In this document: in pieces, positions 16,329-22,413 of the stretch
Layout of the letters: every line of letters begins with the position of its first letter
Numbering within the stretch: position 1 is the stretch's first letter
Origin: Trueperaceae bacterium
GTDB lineage: Bacteria > Deinococcota > Deinococci > Deinococcales > Trueperaceae
Reading direction: 5' to 3'
Length of the DNA: 22,413 bases
Assembly: GCA_040905465.1 (NCBI GenBank)
Contig: JBBDRK010000051.1
Coordinates: 3,919 to 26,331, forward strand
Translations under genes and position numbers: made by a program
The notes under the pieces: generated by a model
What the model saw: the letters and a program-made list of their open reading frames with translations, nothing else
Database searches by the model: none
Told to the model about the DNA's origin: nothing

Positions 16329-16685
16329 TCAGCGGGGTTCGCTGGTGACGACCCTGACCTCATCGGGATACATGTAGCCTTGCCGCCGCGACAGCTGCTC
16401 GCGGTATGCCTGGTCGTCGCCATGCTCGATTACCGCCTGGAGCGCCTCGGCTTCCCGCTCGAGCGTGGAGACCTGACGCTCGAGCCGGGAGATCGACATC
16501 TCCGCTCGCGCAAGGCGCAACACCTCGACGCCGATCATGAACAGCACGTGGATGCTTCCGAGCGAGACGATGATCAGCAGCAGCCAGCGGGCGCCCCGAG
16601 CCGGTCCGGCCTGGGACCGGACCGCACTCACGGGCGGCGCCGCCTGCGTACCGCTGCCACCGGCCCGGCCCGAAGGCACGATCAT
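16329..16685 (-). CDS. Septum formation initiator family protein (FtsB/DivIC-like)
   Basis: Single TM, then a coiled coil (ISRLERQVSTLEREAEALQ) and AYREQLSRRQGYMYPDE, a typical DivIC/FtsB C-terminal pattern. Confidence 0.75.
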   Translation of the reverse strand: MIVPSGRAGGSGTQAAPPVSAVRSQAGPARGARWLLLIIVSLGSIHVLFMIGVEVLRLARAEMSISRLERQVSTLEREAEALQAVIEHGDDQAYREQLSRRQGYMYPDEVRVVTSEPR

Positions 16686-17677
16686 TGCCCGACCTCTTCC
16701 AATGCCAGCGCCTCACGAAGAAATCGCGCGGCGTCCTCCGGCGGCGTCGGATTCACGTAGAAGCCGCTGCCCCAGTCGAATCCGGACTGGTAGGTGAGCC
16801 GTGGGAGTATCTCGATGTGCCAGTGGAAGGCCTCGTCGCCGCTGGGGAGCGTGTGGAGGACGAGGTTGTAGGGCGGATGATTGAGTGCCGTGTTCATTCC
16901 GCGAAGTACCGACTGCAATATCTCGGCTAGCGCCGGAAGCAGGTTGCCCGGCTCGGCGGTGAACGACCCGGGGTGGCGCCGAGGGAGGATCCAGGTCTCG
17001 AACGGGCGCTTGGCCGCGTAAGGTGCGATCGCCGCGAAGGAATCGTTGTGGGTTATCAGGCGTTCACGGTCTGTCAGTTCGGAGTCCAGCACCTGGCAGA
17101 ACAGGCAGCAGCCGGTCGCTTCATGGTGGTCTCGCGCCACCGTGAGCTCCTCCTCCAGCCAGCGGTTGAGTACCGGAACCGCCAGGATCTGGGCGTGCGG
17201 ATGGTCGTATAGCGCGCCCGCCGCGCGTCCGATGCTCCGGCTCACCTGCACGTGACGAATGCCGTCCTTTCTGGCCAACAGGGCCAGCCTGTCACGGTAG
17301 ATGCGCAGCACGTCGACCAGATGCTCGCGCGGCATCGTCTCCAAGCACTCATGCGCGTTCGGGTGTTCGACGACTATCTCCTGAAAGCCCCTACTGACGG
17401 CGAACTGGAACGGCGCCTCGCCGGCGAATGCCGCCGGTCGGTCCTGCACCAGCGACGCCGGATGTTCGACCACGCGAACGCGCCAGTCGGGGCCGCCTGC
17501 TTCTGCCGCGCTCGGCCTGAGCGCCAGGATTTCACGCCAGGGATCTTCCTCATTCGGTGACAGGGGCGAGGTGCGCTCTTTCACGGTAACGGAGCCGAAA
17601 TCCGAGGCCTCGAGCCCCCGTTCTGGCGAGATCAGCACCCAGGCGTGGCCGAACGGGTCTTTTCGGAACAGCGGCAT
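16682..17677 (-). CDS. GalT-family (HIT-related) nucleotidyltransferase, divergent
   Basis: RKDPF..WVLISPER, GRAAGA, HPHAQI nucleophile motif, CLFC, PFETWILP, PPYNLVLH, FHWHIEILPRL, GFDWGSGFYVNPTPPE. Confidence 0.85.
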   Translation of the reverse strand: MPLFRKDPFGHAWVLISPERGLEASDFGSVTVKERTSPLSPNEEDPWREILALRPSAAEAGGPDWRVRVVEHPASLVQDRPAAFAGEAPFQFAVSRGFQEIVVEHPNAHECLETMPREHLVDVLRIYRDRLALLARKDGIRHVQVSRSIGRAAGALYDHPHAQILAVPVLNRWLEEELTVARDHHEATGCCLFCQVLDSELTDRERLITHNDSFAAIAPYAAKRPFETWILPRRHPGSFTAEPGNLLPALAEILQSVLRGMNTALNHPPYNLVLHTLPSGDEAFHWHIEILPRLTYQSGFDWGSGFYVNPTPPEDAARFLREALALEEVGQ

Positions 17678-17684
17678 CTCTGAA

Positions 17685-17693
17685 AGTCTAGCA
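17685..17693 (-). promoter_or_regulatory. Extended -10 (TGcTAGACT) 7 nt upstream of ATG, leaderless galT-like transcript
   Basis: The minus strand reads TGC TAGACT ttcagag ATG; no Shine-Dalgarno. Confidence 0.6.
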
Positions 17694-17753
17694 GGAAGCC
17701 CTCAGGCGCCCGAGTGAGCAACGCTATACCGGCGCCGGCTCGGACCCGCGGAG

Positions 17754-17830
17754 CGGCTTACGGGCTCCGTCTCCCGGGCCGGCTTACGGGCTCCGTCTCC
17801 CGTGCCGGCTTACCGGTTCGGTCGCCAGGC
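17754..17830. repeat. Tandem 26-bp repeat (two near-identical copies plus a degenerate third)
   Basis: cggcttacgggctccgtctcccgggc (17754-17779), cggcttacgggctccgtctcccgtgc (17780-17805), then cggcttaccggttcggtcgccaggc. Confidence 0.85.
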
Positions 17831-17857
17831 TCCGTCCCTTGGCCCGGTCTCTCCCGC

Positions 17858-18622
17858 TCAGCGAGCCGTGTCGAAGAGTGACGGCTGTCGTTGCTCGTCT
17901 TCTTCGACCGGCAGCGCCGTGATCTCACGAAACTCCAACCCCTGGCGTTGCAACTGCTCGAGCGCGGGTGCCGTGATGGCGGGCGCGGCGAGAACTCCTC
18001 GCACCCTCAACCCTGTGAAACCCTCTACCCTCTCGACGTAGCGGTAGAGCTGGTGCACCGCCTCCTGGCCGGCCTTGCCGCGCTTGAGCTCAACTACCAC
18101 CAGGTTGCCCCGGCAGTCACGAGCGTAAAGGTCGATGCCCCCCACCTCGGTCGGCAACTCTCGATCCAGCAGCGTGAGGCCCTCCTCGATCAGTTCGGGT
18201 CGGCGTGCCAACGCCCGCTGCATCTCGGCCTCCGATCCCACCAGCATGAAACCCGGGGTCTCCCGCAGCACCAGCGCCTGAGCCAGGACCGGCCGCAGGA
18301 ACGCGACTCGCACGAACTCGGCCGGCGTGAAACGCTCCGAGTAGAGCACGGCGGAGCCGTCTTCCAGAAGGACCCGCACGGTGTCGCTCTGGGGCTGCCA
18401 GTTCACCGGCTTCACGCCGCGATGCCCGTGCACCTGCAGGCTTCCGTCGCGTTTGGCCATCACCACGTAGTCACCGGCTTCGGCCACGCTCGCGGCACGC
18501 CCGTGGTAGAGCACCTCGCACTCGCCCACCACCTGCACGAGGCAGTCACCGGAGCGCAGGTGCTGGTCGAGGAATTCGCACAACTCGGCCGACGTCGGTT
18601 CGTGGATGAGGGCGCGCAGCAC
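17858..18622 (-). CDS. nucS: Endonuclease NucS/EndoMS (mismatch-specific)
   Basis: CEVLYHGRA, KRDGSLQVH, KPVNWQP, GSEAEMQ, RELPTEVGGIDLYARD, VVVELKR, QLYRYV, RGVLAAP. Start set to GTG 18622, since the track's 18637 start lies upstream of the -10. Confidence 0.93.
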   Translation of the reverse strand: MLRALIHEPTSAELCEFLDQHLRSGDCLVQVVGECEVLYHGRAASVAEAGDYVVMAKRDGSLQVHGHRGVKPVNWQPQSDTVRVLLEDGSAVLYSERFTPAEFVRVAFLRPVLAQALVLRETPGFMLVGSEAEMQRALARRPELIEEGLTLLDRELPTEVGGIDLYARDCRGNLVVVELKRGKAGQEAVHQLYRYVERVEGFTGLRVRGVLAAPAITAPALEQLQRQGLEFREITALPVEEDEQRQPSLFDTAR

Positions 18623-18627
18623 AGGAG

Positions 18628-18636
18628 AGGTTACCA
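18628..18636 (-). promoter_or_regulatory. Extended -10 (TGgTAACCT) for leaderless nucS
   Basis: The minus strand reads TGG TAACCT ctcct GTG. Confidence 0.55.
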
Positions 18637-18678
18637 CCCGGCCAGCGGCCGGTCAGTCCGCTCGGCGGACGCCTGCGG

Positions 18679-18684
18679 TAGACT
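18679..18684 (+). promoter_or_regulatory. -10 element (TAGACT-N7-ATG) for leaderless nfo
   Basis: TAGACT cccgaac ATG; no Shine-Dalgarno. Confidence 0.6.
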
Positions 18685-18691
18685 CCCGAAC

Positions 18692-19555
18692 ATGGACACC
18701 CTCGACCTTCTGGGAGCACACGTATCGGTCACCGGCGGTGCCCACACCGCCTTCGAACGGGGCGCGGAAATCGGCTGTCGCTCGCTGCAGATCTTCGTCA
18801 AGAGTCCCAGCCGTTGGACGGGAGCGAAGCTCGACGACGGCCAGGTAGCGCAGTTCCGGGAGGCTCGCCAGGCCGGCCCTCAGCCGGTGATCGCCCACGC
18901 AGCCTATCTGATCAATCTCTGCGGCGACAAACCCGATCTGCTGGAGAAGTCGCGGCGCGCCCTGGCCGATGAACTCGAACGCTGCGGCCGCCTCGGCGTC
19001 GACGGCCTGGTGGTTCACCCGGGCGCACACCTCGGCCAGGGTACCGACGCCGGCGTCGACGGTATCGCCCGTTCGATAGACGATGTCCTGGCCGGCCTGG
19101 AAGACTCGGGGACCCGGTTGCTCCTGGAAAATACCGCCGGGCAGGGAACGACGATGGGATCGACGTTCGAGGAGCTGGGAGCAATCATCGCGCGAGTGGA
19201 CCAGCCGCAGAGGCTGGGAGTTTGCCTGGACACCTGCCACGCTTTCGCCGCCGGATATCGCCTCGATGAAGCCGACGGATACACGAGGATGCTGGAGGCG
19301 ATCGAGGAGAGTTGCGGCACCGTCCGGATCGAGGCCCTGCACCTCAACGACTCGAAGCATCCGGCCGGCTCACGCAAGGATCGCCACCAGAACATCGGCC
19401 ACGGTGAGATCGGTACGGAGGCGTTCACCCGGCTGATGCTGGAGCCGGCGTTTGCCGGGCGACCGATGGTGTTGGAGACGCCGCTGGGCGACGAAGGCAA
19501 CGGCCACGGTCAGGACCTGCAGCGGTTGCGCTCCCTGCTGAGTGCCGGCGACTGA
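18692..19555 (+). CDS. nfo: Endonuclease IV (AP endonuclease)
   Basis: LGAHVS, QIFVKSP, HAAYLINL, VVHPG, LLENTAG, CLDTCH, HLNDSK, DRHQNIG, LETP (trinuclear metal-site motifs). Confidence 0.96.
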   Translation: MDTLDLLGAHVSVTGGAHTAFERGAEIGCRSLQIFVKSPSRWTGAKLDDGQVAQFREARQAGPQPVIAHAAYLINLCGDKPDLLEKSRRALADELERCGRLGVDGLVVHPGAHLGQGTDAGVDGIARSIDDVLAGLEDSGTRLLLENTAGQGTTMGSTFEELGAIIARVDQPQRLGVCLDTCHAFAAGYRLDEADGYTRMLEAIEESCGTVRIEALHLNDSKHPAGSRKDRHQNIGHGEIGTEAFTRLMLEPAFAGRPMVLETPLGDEGNGHGQDLQRLRSLLSAGD

Positions 19556-19575
19556 ACGACGCACGCCGGCAGCGC

Positions 19576-20052
19576 TCACTCCGTGAGGTCGAACTCCCCT
19601 ACCCGCGCATAGCGGCCACGATGGTAGACGAGCGGGACGCCCTCTTCGTATCCGAGGCGCTCGACCTCACCGACGAAGATGGTGTGGTCGCCCGCATCGT
19701 GCGCAGCGCTGACCCGGCAGAGTAGCCGGGCGAGCGAGCGGTCGACGAAAGGGAAACCTTCCTTGATGAGCAGCGGATCGGGCAGCTCTACGGGACGGTC
19801 GGCGAACAGGTCGCTTATCGCTTGCTGGTCCTTGCCCAGTACCGAGACGCCGAAGGTCCTGCCCGGCCGCAGCAGATCGTGCGCCCTGGCACCGCGACCG
19901 ATGGCCACCGCTATCAGGGGCGGCACCAGCGACACCGACATGAAAGAACTCACCGTGATTCCGTGGGGCTCGTCCCCGTCCATCACCGTCACCACCGTCA
20001 CGCCGCTGACGAAGCGGCTCAGGGCGTTCCGGAATTCATACGGTTCGATCAT
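19576..20052 (-). CDS. Flavin reductase family protein (HpaC/RutF-like)
   Basis: FRNALSRFVSGVTVVT, SFMSVSLVPPL, AGDHTIFVGEV, PLVYHRGRY; AAGGGA RBS. Confidence 0.92.
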   Translation of the reverse strand: MIEPYEFRNALSRFVSGVTVVTVMDGDEPHGITVSSFMSVSLVPPLIAVAIGRGARAHDLLRPGRTFGVSVLGKDQQAISDLFADRPVELPDPLLIKEGFPFVDRSLARLLCRVSAAHDAGDHTIFVGEVERLGYEEGVPLVYHRGRYARVGEFDLTE

Positions 20053-20164
20053 TCAATCCCTTCGGCGCCGGAGTTCACGCCCGCCCGAAGGGGCCGGACT
20101 CTTCCGGATGCCTTCCATGGTGACTCATTTCGCCGGCCCACAAAGCATCGACGGCGACCTAAAC

Positions 20165-20193
20165 TTGACCGTGACGAGAATCGCACCTAAGGT
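20165..20193 (+). promoter_or_regulatory. Putative sigma70-type promoter for the ehu operon
   Basis: TTGACC (20165-20170) - 17 nt - TAAGGT (20188-20193). Confidence 0.45.
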
Positions 20194-20512
20194 AGATATA
20201 CTTGCAGCGCCACGCATCGGAGAGCACGCCAGCGGACGACCGTCGCGCCAGATCGTGTGTAACCGAAAAAATGCGCCGTTGCGCATGGGGCATGATCGTA
20301 TGTGATAGCAACCTTTGCAACGCCACGGCTCGGCTCGCCGAACCGAATCAGAAGAAGGCGGACAAGTGCACGAGCACCAGGACCAAAGGGGTCCGCACCG
20401 CCCGTAAGGAGATGAAGAAACCAGGTACGTGAGCACCATTGCCGGGCGTTCGTCCGGAATCGGCCCCGTACCGTCAACTACTGTACCGACGCCAACCATC
20501 CGGGAGGAATTT

Positions 20513-21349
20513 ATGTCTATCGGCGAAGCTTCATCCGCCCAAGCCACGGCACCGGCGAATGGCCCGAACGGGACCGACAAACAGCCCATGGTACGGTTCG
20601 AAAAGGTCCGGAAGGCATTTGGAGAGCTGGTTGTGCTGCGCGATCTCGACTTCGAGGTCGCCGAGGGCGAAAAGATCGCCATCATCGGCCCCAGCGGTTC
20701 CGGCAAGACGACCATCCTTCGAGTGCTGATGACGCTTGTACGCCCGGACCGAGGCAAGATCTTCGTTGACGGCGAGCCGTTGTGGCATAAGGAGGTCGGT
20801 GGCAAGACGCTGCCGGCCGACGAAAAGCATCTGCACAAGGTGCGCAACAAAATCGGGATGGTGTTCCAGCATTTCAACCTGTTCCCCAACATGAACGTGC
20901 TTCGCAACGTCACTGAAGCTCCGATCCATGTGCGCGGAATCAAGCGCGCCAAGGCCGAGGAGCACGCCAAGGAACTGCTCGACATGGTCGGCTTGGGCGA
21001 CAAGTTCGATGCTTTTCCGACGCAGCTGTCGGGCGGCCAGAAGCAACGGGTGGCGATAGCCCGTGCGCTAGCGATGGAACCGAAGGTGATGCTCTTCGAC
21101 GAGGTGACCTCGGCGCTCGATCCGGAGTTGGTGGGTGAGGTGCTCGGAATCCTGCGCACCCTCGCGACGGAAACGCAGATGACGATGCTCATAGTCACTC
21201 ATGAGATGGGGTTCGCCCGCGACGTTTCCGACCGGGTGGTTTTCTTCGATGCCGGCCAGGTGGCCGAAGAGGGTCCTCCGGCTCAAATCTTCAGCGACCC
21301 TCGCGAGGACCGAACTCGCGAGTTCCTCAAGGCCGTCCTGGAGCACTGA
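20513..21349 (+). CDS. ehuA: Ectoine/hydroxyectoine ABC transporter ATP-binding protein
   Basis: [77 protein letters not shown] before ATG 20513; adjacent to ehuB. Confidence 0.88.
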   Translation: MSIGEASSAQATAPANGPNGTDKQPMVRFEKVRKAFGELVVLRDLDFEVAEGEKIAIIGPSGSGKTTILRVLMTLVRPDRGKIFVDGEPLWHKEVGGKTLPADEKHLHKVRNKIGMVFQHFNLFPNMNVLRNVTEAPIHVRGIKRAKAEEHAKELLDMVGLGDKFDAFPTQLSGGQKQRVAIARALAMEPKVMLFDEVTSALDPELVGEVLGILRTLATETQMTMLIVTHEMGFARDVSDRVVFFDAGQVAEEGPPAQIFSDPREDRTREFLKAVLEH

Positions 21350-21434
21350 GGGACATTCGCCGCAATCCGATCAGGAGGTAAGGATGGCAAGGAGAGGGAC
21401 ATGCCGAGGACCGATTTCGTGAACGTCCACGGCA

Positions 21435-21462
21435 CCGGGTTGCCGCCCCCACGGCGACCCGG
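21435..21462 (+). other. Intercistronic GC hairpin between ehuA and ehuB
   Basis: ccgggttgccg / cggcgacccgg, an 11-bp stem with one G-U pair; no U-tract. Confidence 0.55.
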
Positions 21463-21519
21463 CAAGGAACCAAGAAAGCGACGCAACCTGCCGTCTCTAC
21501 ATTTTGGAGGTAACGAAAC

Positions 21520-22383
21520 ATGAACCGAACGATTCGCACATTACTCGCGTCGACCTTGGCCGTGGTCCTGCTCGGCTCCCTGGCATTCGCTCAGGTAGAC
21601 CTGGACCGGGTGCTTGATTCGGGATCGATACGCATCGCCACCGCCAACGAAATCCCCTACGGCTGGGTCGATGAGGACGGCCGGGCCCGGGGCATTGCTC
21701 CGGAGACGGCAATCGCCGTGCTCGAGCGCATGGGCATCACCGACATCGAGTGGACCGTCACCGAGTTCGGCTCGCTGATCCCCGGGCTGCTCGCCAACCG
21801 CTTCGACCTGGCGGCGGCCAGTCAGGCGATCCTGCCCGCCCGTTGTGAGCAGGTCATCTACTCGAAGCCCAACTCCAGCTATGGGGAAGGTCTGTTGGTT
21901 CAGGCCGACAACCCGAAGGACGTCCACGGCTATGAAGACTTCGTGGATGATTCGAGCTTGCGCCTTGGCATCGTTTCCGGAGCCGACCAGCTCGACTTCG
22001 CACACGCCTACGGCATTTCCGACAGCCAGATCGTGGCGATTCCTTCCAACACCGACGCACTGTCGGCGGTAGCCACCGGCCGCATCGATGCCTATGCCGC
22101 CACCGGCCTCACCGCCGCCCGTCTTGCCGAAAACTCCGACCGGGTGGAGCTGGCCCAGCCGTTCACGGACCCCGTGATCGACGGAACGCTCGTTCGCTCC
22201 TGGGGCGGGTTTACCTTCCACCGCGGTTCCACCGAGTTCCGTGACGCCTTCAACGAAGAGCTGGCCGCATTCCAGGAGACGGAGGAGTACCGCGACATCC
22301 TGCGCACGCACGGTCTCAGCGATCAGGACATCGATTCGGCGCTCGAAGCGAGCACCGAGGAGCTCTGCTCAGCGGACGGCTGA
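21520..22383 (+). CDS. ehuB: Ectoine/hydroxyectoine ABC transporter substrate-binding protein
   Basis: Signal peptide; ANEIPYG, EFGSLIPGLLANRFD, ILPARCEQV, NPKDVHGYED and a C-terminal TEELC (EhuB-like Cys pair); GGAGGT RBS. Confidence 0.85.
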   Translation: MNRTIRTLLASTLAVVLLGSLAFAQVDLDRVLDSGSIRIATANEIPYGWVDEDGRARGIAPETAIAVLERMGITDIEWTVTEFGSLIPGLLANRFDLAAASQAILPARCEQVIYSKPNSSYGEGLLVQADNPKDVHGYEDFVDDSSLRLGIVSGADQLDFAHAYGISDSQIVAIPSNTDALSAVATGRIDAYAATGLTAARLAENSDRVELAQPFTDPVIDGTLVRSWGGFTFHRGSTEFRDAFNEELAAFQETEEYRDILRTHGLSDQDIDSALEASTEELCSADG

Positions 22384-22413
22384 GTAGCTGTGCCGGGGGC
22401 CCCCGGGGGGGGG

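Noticed and set aside
17754-17830. Possible mini-CRISPR
   Set aside because: The repeats are directly adjacent with no spacers, and there are no cas genes.
17891-18691. N-terminal 267-aa extension of the 554-aa ORF, suggesting a fused Nfo
   Set aside because: It is the antisense of nucS. Nfo homology starts at ATG 18692, which has its own -10 element.
18623-18691. Radiation/desiccation response motif (DdrO box) near the repair genes
   Set aside because: No AT-rich 17-bp palindrome of that type is present.
20412-20512. Micro-ORF MKKPGT and the upstream GTG 20429 start for ehuA
   Set aside because: The SD-like sequence abuts the ATG with no spacer; ATG 20513 has a well-spaced GGAGG.
22393-22413. 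Palindrome CCGGGGGCCCCCGG followed by poly-G
   Set aside because: It lies at the window edge and may be a truncated hairpin or a sequencing/assembly artefact; it cannot be interpreted.

Overview
High-GC bacterial DNA, most likely from a Deinococcota (Truepera/Thermus-like) genome. This is inferred from a DUF3208-like gene, a Thermus c552-like cytochrome domain and several leaderless TANNNT promoters. Left end (minus strand): a DtxR/MntR-family repressor gene with a near-consensus promoter and a palindromic operator over its start codon, followed by a secreted 640-aa di-heme cytochrome c (bCcP/MauG-like) and a PhnD/PhnC/PhnE-type ABC transporter. The PhnD-like binding protein carries His/Glu/Tyr substitutions in the motifs that normally bind phosphonate. 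This cluster is the best candidate for an undescribed system, probably redox-coupled metal (Mn/Fe) or metal-phosphate uptake. Divergent from it are three small unknown ORFs, a structured leader and a YrbG-type Ca2+/Na+ antiporter. Next is a caa3-type oxidase operon whose subunit IV is fused to a second, c552-like cytochrome c, then a HAD phosphatase, DUF3208 and an MFS transporter. After these come a GalT-like/FtsB-like/acyl-CoA carboxylase beta cluster, back-to-back nucS and nfo, a flavin reductase and ehuA-ehuB (ectoine ABC uptake). No rRNA, tRNA, CRISPR array or mobile element was seen. All family assignments come from motif recognition by eye, not from database searches.
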